Assembly: GCA_051294375.1 (NCBI GenBank)
Contig: CM119269.1
Span: 6,309,919-6,373,918 of the forward strand
DNA from: Paraspadella gotoi
Lineage: Eukaryota; Animalia; Chaetognatha
Reading direction: 5' to 3'
Length of the DNA: 64,000 nucleotides
Positions within the stretch are counted from its first letter, which is position 1, and every line of letters begins with the position of its first letter. The position numbers and the translations under genes are program-made. The notes below the pieces were generated by a model. It was given only the letters and a program-made list of their open reading frames with translations. It was not told the DNA's origin and did no database searches. Shown here piece by piece: positions 36,167 through 50,072 of this stretch.

Positions 36167-39143
36167 ATGGGAAATCCTCGAGGTCACTTAGGCCGCGCCC
36201 TCTTTGCGATGTTCGCGTTTCTAGTCGCCGGAAACGTCCCGCCTACCCGCAGCCTTCAGTACAAAGACGGGGAGAAAGTGGCCGTGTTCGTCAACAAAGT
36301 CGGGCCTTACTTCAATCCTCAAGAAACTTACCATTACTACCAACTGCCTGTGTGTCGTCCGAAGAAAATTGAACATCGCAGCCTTACTCTAGGTTTGCTG
36401 TCATGAAAATGATCTATTGCGATGTATCAATGAAGGAAGTAGACGTGGTTCATTACGGATAATTTTTATGACTTTTATTTACACAAATAAACGAGACAAG
36501 CAACACGATCAATCCGGTTCCTGCGATGGTATTTTGTTGGTTTTTTTTCTTCTGATAACTGACTGTTCAAATATGTTTATTTTATTCAAATGTTTTAGGC
36601 GAAGTCTTGGACGGGGACCGCATGGCGGCGTCTCTCTATACGATCGAATTCCAGCGAGACCAGAACAACGCGCGGCTCTGCAAAGTTATCCTTGGCAAGA
36701 AAGACGTGGAGCAGTTGAAGGAGGCCATCGAGGAGCTCTACTACTTCGAGTTTGTCCTCGACGACATCCCCATCAGGGGTTTCGTCGGCCACTTTGAGGA
36801 AGGCGGCCTCGTGCCCCTCCATCAGCACAAAGTGAGAAGTGGATGTCTCATTTATAGTAATCGGATTCTCGGTTCTTACTTCTTAGCAGTATTTATCACG
36901 TTAAATATTTACAATAACCTCTAATATAATTTAGTCCTAGATTTTCCTTTGACCTAATTTCTTTTATTTTCAGATCTTCTTGTGGACCCACCACCATTTC
37001 AACATCCACTACAACGGTGACCGAATCATCTCGGCCAACGTGACGACCAAGAATCACGCGCCCACGAATCTCGCCGACATCGAGGGCGACAAGGACGTCG
37101 AGTTCACCTACAGCGTCAAATGGATTCACACGACAATGACGCTCGAGGACAGGGAGAGGATTCTCAGGGCCGGTTAGATATGGTGGATTACCTAAAAGGA
37201 GGGTTTGGAGTTTCGGTCGAAATTCTCCTACCTTTCCTCCCCTCAGGAAAGACAACCTTCCTTCCCCGCACCCTCGAGATTCACTGGTTGGCGATCATCA
37301 ACTCGCTCATCCTCGACTTTCTCCTCGTCGGGTTCGTCGTCATCCTTTTGTCTCGAATCCTCAAGAACGACTTCGCCAGGTGAGAGGCGGAGGCGGTGCT
37401 GCTTATATATTATATATCATTTTTGTTTTGTTTATTAATATAAATAAACTTAATTTAAAATTAAGATACAACGTGGGAGGATTGGAGGAGGACCAGGATG
37501 ATCAAGACTCGCTGGATCAAGAGGAGTACGGATGGAAGATCATCCACGCGGACGTCTTCCGCCTTCCGACGTATCTCCCGCTCTTTTCCGCCGTCATCGG
37601 AGTCGGGGTCCAGTTTCTCGGTAACTTGTTAGTCTGATGATTGTGACAAAGGATGAAAAATTTTAAAAAAATCTAACCCAATTTGCAATTTTGTTCAGTC
37701 TTCGTAAACTTTCGCTAGTATTTAAATCATCGGACGTTATTTCCTTTGATGTATATTGATTTAATTTTTCTCCACTAATTTTCTACAGTGACCATCACCG
37801 GTATTCTGGGCATGGCTCTAATGGGATTCTTCAACGTTCACCGCCACGGGTCTATGAACTCTGCGGCCATCATTCTTTACGCGCTTACTTCCTCCGTCGC
37901 CGGGTTCACGGCCTCGGCCCTTTACCGCAAATTGTCCTCCCTGGCCCCTAGTCACGTGGTCGGATCAAATTACAGCTGGGTCTGGACCGTTAATCTCACC
38001 GGTGAGACTCGCTCAGGGGTTATTCGTTATTCGTTAATTGTGATCCCGTATCATTTCGCAGCTTGTGTCTTCTTCATCCCCTTCTTCTTGGTCTGGAGCG
38101 TGAACAACACGATCGCGTGGGCGATGGGCGCCACTCAGGCTATCCCCTTCACCACCGTCGTCCTCGTCATCTTCCTCGTCGTCTTCGTCGGGTATCCGTT
38201 GACCGTCGTCGGCGGGATTCTCGGCAAGAACTTTGCCACGCCCTTCGAACCTCCCTGTCGGACGAAAAATATTCCCCGAGAGATCCCGCAGGTACGGGAC
38301 AAAGATGGAGTTGTGAGATGGTTTTGCTTATCTTTTGTGGTCGAAACTCTTTCCTTAAACTCTCACCCCCCCCTCCCTATCCCGGTCTAAAGGTTCCCTG
38401 GTATCGTTCCTCCTTCGCTCACTTCATCGTAGGCGGATTTCTCCCTTTCTCCGCCATCTCCGTCGAATTGTATTACATCTTCTCCACCCTGTGGGGCAGA
38501 GAGCAGGTGAAAACATTTTAGTATTCCGGTTGTTTTTTTTCCTCCGAGGTTACAAGAATTTTGTCACTTTTTTACGTTTCTTTTTCTCCAGTACACCCTT
38601 TACGGAATTCTGTTTTTGGTCTTCGGGATCCTGCTGTCGGTGACGGCCTGCATCTCCGTTGCGCTTACCTATTTCCAGCTGGCCGCCGAAGACTACAGAT
38701 GGTGGTGGCGCTCCTTTTTCACCTCCGGCGCCACAGGTTGGGAGAAATCCTCTGTCGTCTAAGATTTGGAATTTTCTAAAACTTTTCCCCTTCCTTCACT
38801 TGTCCGTTTTTTTCTTTTGTTTTTTTTTATTTTTATTTTATTTTTTTTTATTTTTCACAGGGGGCTTCGTCTTTCTGTACGCTCTGTTCTACTACTTTTG
38901 GCGGTCCAATATGTCGGGCTTGCTGCAAACGCTGGAGTTTTTTGGTTACACCATTCTCAGTTGCTACGTTTTCTTTCTCACGCTGGGTGCCGTCGGGTTC
39001 TTTACCTCTTTTCAGGTAGGGCATTTTTTAAAGCCCTGCTGGAGGGAATGGGCTTCTCTGACTGTATTTTTAAATTGTTTTTATCCCATCTTCTCCCCGT
39101 ACAGTTTCTATGTTACATCTATAGAAGTATAAAAATGGATTAA
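36167..39143 (+). CDS. TM9SF1: Transmembrane 9 superfamily member 1
   Basis: [61 protein letters not shown] and C-terminal YIYRSIKMD (KxD). Confidence 0.96.
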
Positions 39144-39616
39144 AGAAGACAACGTCGTTCCTCTGCCCAGTTTTTTTCGTGGAAAAAAACTGTTTTCTTC
39201 TAGTCTCAGTAGCACACACTTAAAATGACTACACACAAAAAAAGTAATGCAGATCATTTTATTCGCATCATTCCTCCCGTGTCCACCGTTATTTCATTCC
39301 TATTGGAGAAATATAGATAGTTTTCTTAACTGGCCATTTTCTTTGTAGACTTTTTTTTAACTGACCTATATATTGTCGAATGTCGCTGGTCCTTTATACA
39401 TTCAGAACTGTAAATATAAAAATTCGCGAATCGTTCCGCTATTTAGAATAGTAAATTTTTCGTCAGCCAAAAAAAAAAAAAGAAAAGAGAAAGAAATGAC
39501 CGAAACCTTTACTAAACGATTAATGATAACGATTAGATGACCCCTGTTGCTTGATATCACCTCGCCTTCGGTTGAGTTTCAAGCAGCCGCGGGACTGACT
39601 CGCTTCGGATCGAAAG

Positions 39617-42600
39617 ATGCCGTTGACGCGATCAAGGATCGTTGGTGTTTTCTTGGTTCTCGTCGCGGTCTTTATGACAAGCCACCACGGAAAGGCCCAG
39701 ACCGAAGCTGATGAAGGACGCCTCGTCACGTTGAGTGAGTTTAAAATGTAATACATTACGTATTTATTAATAAGTTATTTTTACCTGGCCATGTTTACAA
39801 TTCACAATTGACCCACCATCGTCTCAGACATGAACTGCTCCACTTGGTTTCGTCGAGTCATTTCCGCTTCTGAGGTCTACGTCCTCGACCTGTCGAATCA
39901 TTCGCAGTCGTGCGACGGCGACTTCGTCCTCTTGCAAGTTCACTCCTTTTCAGTCCCCGTTCGGCTTTCGAATTTCGTGGATTTTGCGTAAGCAAACGAA
40001 AGTTAACTCGCTTCTTTAATATTTCTGTCGGGAAGAAATATTAAGAAATATTAAGAAATTTTTTTTATCGTCGCATTCGCTTGCACTCGTGATTTGTGAC
40101 AACGGTCCCCATAAATGGCGTCGTTGTCGTTCTCCAGAGACTCGGAATGGACCGTCAACGGCACAGACGTTGGTTTGGTCGGGTCGCTTCGCCATCGCCG
40201 CCGACGTCTCTTGTGGTATTTGTCCGCCCTTGAAAACCGCAACGCCTCTTTTTCGGTCTTGTTTAAGGCCATGCCTTACTCCTCTTCCTTTCCCGTTCCT
40301 GGTAAATCAAATCACGTTTCTTTATAATTATATCCCCTTAACTTAAGGCTTAAGGCTTAAGTTAATAATGATGATGATGATAATTATTATTACGGAAATT
40401 TAAACTTTTTAAGGCGGATGCAGTTTAGAGTTCGATTTGGAAATCGCTCCCCAAATCGCCGTCAAAATCATCGACGACGTGATGCTGGAAGTCACCTTCC
40501 AGAGAGCGGGCTGGATAAAAGACGGAAGTCAGTTTCCTTGAAATTTATAAAATCTTCTCTCCTTGTTCGAACCTTTTTTTATCTCGCCAGACGGGCTAAG
40601 GCTCGTCTTGGGCGGCATCTTGGTTTGCTTCTGCTTCTTTGTGAACGTCGTCGTCGTCACGTTTTTTTACAATTGGAAATTGGAAAGTGTTTAACGATAG
40701 GAAGTTAAAAATTTAATTTGGTTTCTTATCGTAAAAGTTTTTTAAATTGATAAGTTTCATATCAAAATTACTACATATTACGATTGATTCTTTGTTTTAT
40801 TTACATAACAATTTTTATATAAAAACTATTACGAATTACATTTTAATTATATGTCGTTCTTTCTCTCTCTCTTTTTTTCCGTCGCTGCTTCTCTTTTTTT
40901 CTCTTTCACTCATACACGCATTTGCTTTATTTACGATGAATGACTATCATCACATCAGTGGATGACTATCATCCCATCAGTGAATGATTATCATCGCATC
41001 AATAATTGGTTGTAATTGCGTCAATAATCAATTACTATTACATCAATAATCATTTATTATTATATCAATAATCATTATTACATCAATAATCAATTATTAT
41101 TACATCAATAATCAATTATTATTATTATGAACGAAATACACGTTCGAAACATGTCTGCTACTATGCAAATAAAAATTCGTTGCTAAAAACTAAAAAAATG
41201 TTATTTCGTCTAATCATTCTACCAACAAAAAGAAAGATTTACAAACAATCTACATCAATAATCAATTATTATTACATCAATAATCAATTATTATTACATC
41301 AATAATCAATTATTATTACATCAATAATCAATTATTATTACATCAATAATCAATTATTATTACATCAATAATCAATTATTATTACATCAATAATCAATTA
41401 TTATTACATCAATTTTTATTACATCAATAATTCGTTATCGCATCAATCGGATTTTTTCATTAATTTTTTTTATAGTAACGTCCGTCGAGATCACTAAACT
41501 TTTAAGATTTTTTATTTATATTTTTCTCTATCTTCCAACAGCGATGGACAACTGCGACCGCCCTCACGGATTCACTTACTGTGTCTTCATGAAATCCCTT
41601 CCCGTCCGCGACTTGACTCTCGCCACCAACTTCGACGTCATCGAGAAAATGTCGGATGTGGATCAACTCCCGTCCAACGGGGTCAGGCTTTTGACCATAG
41701 ATCGAAAGGACAAGACGCGGTTTTTCCTGCCCAACGTCAAGATGCACGGGACTCTCTTCGTCGTCGTCGCCACGAGCCAAGTGACGGGAGCCTCTTCCGC
41801 CTACGTCCCAGCCGTCAACTATGGCTGCGACATCACGGAAGAGGGTTCCTGCAAGATTAGGTAAAGCCGGATGAAGCCGGTTCGATTGATTGATGGATTG
41901 AATGTTTTGAATAATAAAAATGGATTCAATAGATTTGATTGATTTCTCGATATGCGGCTCCCCAATGGGGGGAGTCCCCATTTGATTCTTCTAGATACGA
42001 GGCCTCTACCTTCGTCCTCCTCCCCGTCCTCCTCCTCGCCGGCTTCGTCTCCACCTTCCTCGGCCACCGATTTTTCCGCCTCCACATCGCCCTCTATTCC
42101 TTCCTCTGTTCCGGCTTCCTCGCCCTACTCGTTATCGGCTTCCTTACTAATCTCAGCGTCAAACGAACGGTCCAACTCTCTGCCGGTAAACTATATATTG
42201 CGGCGATTCCTAAATTCGCGTCCCGTATAGCATGGTGAAACTCGGCTCGTTCCTTTGGCTTGGACAGTTAAGTACTTGTTCACCAACTGTGAGTTCTGGG
42301 TTCACGCAGGTTAAGGTGTGATTGTGTCGGGCCTGTCGGCATAAACACACACAAAAATTACCAGTGACTTAGATTTCCAAGCCAATGTGACGAGCTGAGT
42401 TTCAACAAGTTATACGGGAGGCGAATTTTAGTATTCGCCACAATTCATTCATTCATTCATTTAATCTTTTACACATCCGGTAAAACGTCCCCTTTTAATT
42501 CTCTTTCCCAAGGAGTCGGAATGTTGGGCGCTTTGTTCATGCTGTGGCTTTGGTGGTACAAAGGTTATCCCTTCCCTTGCGTCTTCGCCGCCACATTGGT

Positions 42601-44019
42601 CCTTGGTTATCTAATAAGCAGCGCCATCTTCTCGACGCCAATTTCTGAAAAGCTTCCGGATCGCGATGGAGGTAAACTCAAAACTTATTTTCTTTACTAC
42701 TCTTTTCTTTTTTATAAAGAAGAAATTTGCTAAAATTCATAATAAGATGAAATTTTTATTTCATTATCTCCCTTTTCTTTATCCAGCGTACACCCTTGTC
42801 TTCGGTCTAGTGGCCTTCAGTCCCATCATCCTCATGTATTGGACGCGACCCGTCAACATCTTCGCCTCATCCTTTTGCGGGGCCTACATCGCATTGGCGT
42901 CTCTCGATCTCGTCCTTGACTCCACCGACCTCTCCATCGTCGTTTGGCAGTCGATCCTTCGTCAAGTCTTTCCTAAGAGCACGCCGCTGCTCTTGCGGTG
43001 AGTTACGAACCGATTGGTCTAATATTAATTTCGAGGAATAGATTTCCTATTTTTATGGTTTCTATTTTTAGAGATTCTTCATAGAAAAGATACAATACCA
43101 TCTTGAAACGATAGCGGTTGCTATGGTTTCAATCCCAAGAGAATCTTGATACAATTTATTCAGTACCATTTCAATACAATGTCGGCTTCAGTGAAAATCG
43201 TTTTAACCTGGCCTTTGGCATTGAATCCCTTTTTTTATTGTTTTGGCCGAGGTCTGGAATTTATTCTTATCAATTACCATTTTTCGAAAGCTCATTGTTT
43301 GAGGCGCTCTCTCTTTTTCTCTCTCTCTCTCTCTCTGACGGAAGTGGCTTCCATTTCGAAAACCAGTTCATTCATTTTAATTTCGGGCTTCCTTAGTTCA
43401 GTTGTTCACCTACTCGGTTTCTTTTTTAGCATCGAATCCTTTATTCGTTGCCTCGAGTATTTAAAGTCGCCGCGAATTTAGTTTTTAACTTTCTATTTTT
43501 CTATCGATTTATCTGCGCATTATGGCATTTATTTTAAGAATTAAAAAACAAAAAGAAAATTTTAAATTTTAAAATATCGTTTTTGTCCATAAGTTTTTCG
43601 TGTTTCTACCAGACATCAACCTTTAACGACGCCGAACATTGTTCTCATTTGCGCTTGGATGCTTTTAGCCGTCGGAGGATTTGCCTTTCAAGTTCGTGCG
43701 ATTTTCAATTTTTGTTTTTCGTTTCGGACCAAAAACTTATTCATCGATTACATTGCCCTTTCAGTGGCGCCGCGAAAGAGGGAATCCGCCTTTTCCTCCG
43801 CACCGCAATCTGACCAAATCCGTCGTCGAGGGACGCCTCGAGTCCGATCACCCCACGCCCGCTGCCGCCTCCGCCCCTCGACCACCGGGCGGCCTTGTTG
43901 ACGTCGGCGTCGGTGAGAGGGCGCCTCTGAGGCGTTGCGTGTCCGGTCCGAGCTTCCGCGTGACCAGCCCTCGATATCGAGGCTGGATTCGACGCCCTAT
44001 CGTCAGAAATAACCAGTGA
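39617..44019 (+). CDS. TM7SF3: Transmembrane 7 superfamily member 3-like
   Basis: Signal peptide, PVPGGCSLEFDLEIAP, SAYVPAVNYGC, FLGHRFF, multiple TM helices and RERGNPPFPP tail. Confidence 0.85.
40860..41512. mobile_element. Dispersed minisatellite-bearing element, copy 2, with tandem 22-bp AATAATCAATTATTATTACATC units
   Basis: Ends are homologous to the 30680-31157 element, but a different internal unit is expanded. Confidence 0.7.
42197..42444. repeat. Foldback (MITE-like) element with imperfect inverted arms of about 68 bp in a TM7SF3 intron
   Basis: Left arm …AAATTCGCGTCCCGTATAGCATGGTGAAACTCGGCTCGTTCCTTTGGCTTGGA matches the reverse complement of TCCAAGCCAATGTGACGAGCTGAGTTTCAACAAGTTATACGGGAGGCGAATTT…. 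Confidence 0.8.
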
Positions 44020-44793
44020 GTTATTTGATCTCGATCAGAATTTCTTGGCGCTTCGTCAAACTATTCGATATTAGTGCTTTCGTTTGAAGTGATCTCGTTC
44101 GGCCATTCAGGTCTCCCTTGCCATTCCTGCACGCGCCTCTCGGTCAGGGTCATCATTACGGCGCCATTGACACCGAAGAGGGCAGGCGCCAGGTGCAAGC
44201 GCATTGGCCTCCGATCCCAGTCGCCGCGCTCTCCTCTACCCAGACCTGATTACTTTCTCTTGGCTCTGATTGTCTCTCTTCGACGTTTTCGATAAATATT
44301 TTTCGCTTTATTTTTATATTGCAATATTAAACCATTAGCATTTATGTTTGCGTATTTATCCAATTTTATTCGTTTCAAACCACCCATCCGTCTTGTTGGA
44401 GAAAATCGCACTCGTTAAAATTTTGTTTTTAAAGAACCCCATAAGTTATAACTGCTGCTGATTACGCGCATTGTCTTCCGAGAATCTTAGGTTATCTGAT
44501 TTTGGGAATTTCGTTTTGGCGTTTCTTTTTGGGCCGTAACGACGCTGCAGAGGTTGAAACCTTCGAATTTAGCCGCTTCCGACATTCATGTAGTTACTAG
44601 TAATTAGTTCGCCTTATTGTTTCTCATCGGAGGCTAATTTGGTTACATAATTTTTTTTCCTCGATTGTTATTCAAACGACATTCTGGATATTTATAAACT
44701 TTGACTTTGTTGACAGTTAAATTACTATTTAAATCACTCTCCTTGTTAGGAAAGAACAAACGTGAAGCGAGACTGCGATTCTCAAAAAAAAAC

Positions 44794-47700
44794 ATGGGTA
44801 AGTCACGACGAAGTAAATTCGTCTCTTCCCGAATTACTTCCCTCCCCATATCCCTTAAAGATGAAATCCGTCCAATGTCGCCCGATGAGGACGTGCTCGT
44901 CGTGCCCACCCACAAGTCGGTCGTCATAGATCAAAATAAGAATGACGTCGAGTTCTTCTTCCGGGTGACCATTCGGTGGAAGAATGACGACGAGGCCTTT
45001 GGTGGCGTCTGGGGCGTCGAACAACAATTCCTGCGTTTATCCGTCAGGGGTGAGTTCCTGAAAAAAAAGGGGCACCTGTCTTAGTGTCTATGGATGGAGG
45101 CATATGGACCGGGTGTCTTTATCTCGTTTCCTTCCACAGGTCCTCAAGCTGAACGGGAACCGGCTTCAGTTTTCATACGCGCGCTCTACGACCATGTTGA
45201 TCACGACAAGATGGTTGAGACGCCCGTGGCATTGTTCGGACTTGTCTCTGCCAAACCCGTGCTAAGGCACATCGTTCGGAAGTCCCAGGCCTCTGTCTGC
45301 CCGAGTCTCTTCGGCTGTACTCAGGTGAGATTTTGACGATTTTATGTTTCCGGAATTAATTCTGAAATGACCCGTGAGCCTTTTTTTAAACTTATTTTTA
45401 TTATTAAGATGAATAAAGGTATTCTTGCCACTGCGGTTTGCTATTACAGGTCGCTGTGTGTCAGGTTAGTTAGTTTCGTCCTAAACGTTAAAATACATTT
45501 CAGAACTTCGTTGTTTTTTTTGGTTGTTTTTTTTTTTTCAGTTTTATTTCGTAAAAAAGTTTGTTAAGGACAAATTTTTGACTTTAATGAAAGTGTACAA
45601 GGGTACAAAGTGTCTTATATTATATACATTCGTTTGAATAAAAAAATTTTGGTTTTTTTAGCTTAAACATAAGTAAAACTAATAATATTTTTATGTATAC
45701 AAGGTATTCGGTATAAATTGGGGTAAAATACAATTTGTGACGTACGTTGTTGTGTGTCCTGACTCTTCCTCGCTTTCGTTGACTCCCGTTTTATTTTTTA
45801 TTTTGCCGTTTGGCGCTTTCGAATGCAATGGCAATTGACTGGGAACCAAAAGTCCAAGGTCGAAGTCAAAGATATGAATCTCCATAATTGTTTTTTTTTT
45901 TTTTTTTTTTTTTTTTCTTTTCTGTCTTTTCGTAGGTCTACGGTACTGAGATGGCAGTGGCCCTCGCTGACTCGCTCATCGAGGGTCTCGTCCACGACTT
46001 CAAGTGCGCGATGAATTCCGCACCCGCGCAACCTTTCGATATCTATCATCCCTTGGCGTGTTTCGTTGCCGCCAACCAGGCTCGTCTCAACTGGATAGCC
46101 GACGACTGCTGCCTGGAACTACCCGTCGATGTACAGAAGCTAATAGTCACCTGGCTCATAGAAGATTTTCAAGAAATGGGTGAGGACGGAAGAAAAGCTG
46201 TTTCAAATATATTTCGTTTTTGTCCATTTTAAATAAGCGAATACAAAAAAATCTAATTCTGTTTGCTCCTCCTATAATTCATGTTGAGAGACATGTAGAC
46301 TGTAGAGTGTAGTGTAGACTGTAGAGTGTAGTGAGCTGTACCTGTTTTTTTTATGTTAACGTGGGGGGTTGAGGGGCTGCCTCATTCAGTTCTTTAAAAG
46401 GTTTCTGATTCAAGATTTCACTACAATTAACCCATTGACTCAATTGGTTATTAAAAATTTAGTGTTACTCTTTTTTTTTTTTTTTTCTTATTCTGAAGGG
46501 TTCGCGTATAATAAACCGGAAGTGCCACGCGAAACGTCGCCCTCGCCCGTATCCGGGCTTGCTGAGGCCTTCAATGGCGAAATGTCGCTCAACGGCACAA
46601 TATATCTCGACGACGACGACGATGATGCCGATCAAGGACAAGTTCCGTTGGGACATTCGTCCAGAACCGTGTACGTCGCTCCGAGGAGATTAAATTCAAG
46701 GTAAGTTTAAGGCATTCGCTTCGCGATTGCGTAAATATAGTTTTATGGCAACAGCCGGGTTGCCTGTGATGCCCCTTGGGATGGGGCATCTCACTGTTGA
46801 CTTTGGGGGCTTCCGACCCTCAGTGACACCTCCAGTCACTGGCGCGGTTACCCTAGGACGGTCTCGCTTTGCCAACGCAGAGGGAAGTCGTTAGGACTGT
46901 GGATGGAACACTACGCCTGGGATGGTGTGTTCCCCCTCTGAGCCAATGGATTTGGCTGAAGGATGGTGGACGTGAGGCGGTGCGAATATACCACCACAGT
47001 TTCAACTTAAAAAAAAAATTTCATGCAGTTCAAATTCTCACGCCGCCAACGCCTTCAACGGAGTTCTACCCGCCGAATATTTAGAAACCCTGGTGCGCGA
47101 TGACGAAGACCTTGAAGATGCCACGGCGGATCAAAACAAAGAGGCAGCTTTGGAGAGGATAAAGATATTGCAGGTGATAGAAAATTAAGATCTTATGGCA
47201 ACGGGAGGATAGCCTGTGATACCCGGGGCGCTGGGTCTCACCAACTGGCGTAGGGGCTGCGGACCCTCAGTGACCGCCTCCTGTCACTGGCATGTTTATA
47301 CCGGCACCGTCACATTTAAGCCAGAACCGGGATACCCAGGGATTGAACCCGGGACGCACGGATGGAATGAGATGATTTAGCCTGCTCAGCCATTGAGACG
47401 AGGCTGAGGACGGACAGCAGTGAGGCAGCTTTAAGTCTTGCTGCCACAATATACATGAAGGGAGAGGGTTTTCTTTTGCCCATTCGTTTTCATATTTCTG
47501 TAAAATGTTTTTCTCTATCCAACCTTTATTGATCGACGCTTTCTATTTCTTCTCACAGCGAGCGGATCCGGCGTCGACTCCGCCGCATCCTCTTGTCGCC
47601 GGAAACCCGATGGCGTTGATGACTTCGCCACGAGCGCCTCCGGTCAAAAGAGGAAGAGGAAGGTGAGACGGACTCTGCAGTCTCCATTAGAATTCCGCAT

Positions 47701-50072
47701 TTTCTTTCTTGTGCTTCTAAATTTATTAAAAACTCTTTTTTACTTTTTTTTTTCGCAGGGCTACCTCTGACGATTCGGACCAAGAAAAATCTAATACGAA
47801 TAATAATAATAGTAATATAGATAAAAATAATATAAAGCATAATAAAAATAAAAAAACTAATAAAAACTTTGGAGAAAACTCCAAACAAAAAGAGAAAGAG
47901 GAAGATACGGTTGTAATAACTACCTCTTCGTTCCCCGGAATAACTAGTAGAAAAGTAAAGATGAAAAAGAATCACGACGAAGAGGACGACGACGTGTCGT
48001 GGATGGAGGGATTGACGGAATCTCAAATCGAGATGATTTTGAACGATACGGGTTAGTTGTCGAAATCGAATATCGATTTGTAAATAAGGGTCGACTTCTT
48101 ATATTATATTAATTCATATTAATTTATTGTACATTTTTCTCTGCAGAATCGTCGAAGGAAAACGCGGCGACGTCCCAACTCGTCAACGGCGTTCCTCTTC
48201 CTCCGCATCGTCTTCTTAACCAAGCGGTAAGTTTAAATTTCCCCCCATAATGAAAGTAACTGAAGAAGCCATTTCTTTATGTCTACATAACATTTCGGAC
48301 AAAGAATTACTCTTAATTGATTATTAAAAAAATGTCTTTTTCCCAGACTCCCGCGTGGGTCGCGACATCCGAGCAGGATGTGTTATTCGGAGCGGCTAAA
48401 CCTTCGAACGATTCTCCTCGTCAGGGTGCACAAAATATCGTCCCTGGAACTTCGCATCCGCCCGCGCCAGGTCCGCTTAAAGCCCCGATTCTCATATCGG
48501 TCCGCTTCGCCACGAAAGCCCTTTGGTTCGCTGCTCGTCGATAGATCGCGGAAAAATAAAAGAAATCGTGGCGAGGCGGACCGATATAGAATCGTCATTC
48601 CATAAAAGAATTAAGGATTATAACCCCGCATATGGCCTCCTTGGTCGACAACCTGGGCCCCTCACTTTTCCTGCCCCTCCATTGGCTATCTTCATGGCCC
48701 TTAACGTGATTCCCTACTTACCCTCTCTTCTTGCCCTCTCTTCTAGTTACGTCCTCTGACGCGTCCGTTCCCGCTCCCTTTTACACGCCTACTACCTTAC
48801 CCGCTCCCATAATCCCTGCCATGCCCTCCTCCTCAGCCTCTGCCGCAAGGAACGCTGGGGGTTCCATCATCCCGCCGTACGCCCCACGGCATATAATTAT
48901 AGACGGATCCAACGTCGCCATGCATCACGGCAACAATAAGGTTGGTTTATTTTCGTGGCTTTCCAATTTAGGTATCACGTAAAGTGATTAAGCATCGTTT
49001 TTCGATTTTTTTTTCAGATATTTTCCTGTAAAGGGATCAAACTCATGGTGCAGACTTTTAAAGAACGAAATCACGAAAACATCACCGTCTTCGTTCCGCA
49101 GTGGAGACAAGCGACAGGATCCCACAATAAGATTAAAGACCAAAAAATTCTTTTGTAAGTTTCCCCCCTCCGACTATAAAGTATACATTATACAATAATC
49201 AATATACATACGGAACTTTTTTAACGGCTATTGTCCAATGTCCATATCAAGGTTTATTTTTTGTTTAAATTTTCAGTCAACTGGAGAAAGAAAATATTGT
49301 TAAGTTCACGCCATGTCGCAACATTCCCGGGGTGCCACGGATGAACAGCTACGACGACAGGTTTGTCGTGGAACTGGCCGTTAGGACGCGTGGCGTTATC
49401 GTATCCAACGACAAATTCCGGTGAGGAAAAAAGGAAAAGTAATTGTTAATATAAAAAATGATTCTTTCGGAATATTAAACATTACTTATGTCTGTTTATA
49501 TTATATATTACAGTGACCTAATGGGAGAAAAAGAAGAGTTCAAGGACGCAATAATCAACCGTCTTCTCCCTTATGTCTTCGTCGGCGACTTGGTCATGTT
49601 GCCCGAAGACCCGATGGGGAAGGCGGGGACTCATCTGGATGAGTTTCTGCGCATCTCGAAGTAAGTACTATTTTTCAAGGATCATGATTGTAGCGATTTT
49701 GTTCATATATTGAGTTGCTCTTTTCTCCTTTCCTTTGTAGATTCGAAATGAAACGTTTTCCCAATTCAATTCCGGACTCGGTAAAAACTAATCAGATCTC
49801 GCAAATAAATTTTACAACAAATGATCCAGTCGCGCAGGTCAGTTAAAAATTTGGATTTTTCCTATCGCTGGTTTATTATTATGTCATAATTAATTGTTCT
49901 TGGACGCCTTTTTTTTCAGAACTTCCGTTCCGAAGAAGAGACGGAAGATTTCCGTCTGCAACTGGGGGAAATGTTCCCCCCTTACAGGGCGCAAGTGGAG
50001 CAAACCCTTGAGAAATTGCCGAAAGAAAAAAATTTGAACGTTTTGGCGACGTATCTTTTGACTCTAATTTAA
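44794..50072 (+). CDS. N4BP1: N4BP1/KHNYN-like protein: KH-like N-terminus, NYN/PIN RNase, C-terminal CoCUN/CUE-like domain
   Basis: [37 protein letters not shown]….[29 protein letters not shown]…LDEFL; last exon 49920-50072 [18 protein letters not shown]…[11 protein letters not shown]. Confidence 0.88.
46744..46850 (-). mobile_element. Related copy of the 3' part of the SINE family (intronic)
   Basis: TATGGCAAC…GCCTGTGAT.CCC…GACCCTCAGTGAC..CTCC.GTCACTGGC is shared with 47194-47300; a shorter related tail lies at 30612-30680. Confidence 0.65.
47194..47400 (-). mobile_element. tRNA-derived SINE in an N4BP1 intron
   Basis: Minus-strand Pol III A box TGGCTGAGCAGG (47381-47392) and B box GGTTCAATCC (47340-47349); no tRNA cloverleaf seen; related copies elsewhere in the window. 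Confidence 0.7.

Noticed and set aside
47335-47400. tRNA gene
   Set aside because: A and B boxes are present but I see no acceptor stem or cloverleaf, and the body is shared with other dispersed copies, so it is called a SINE.
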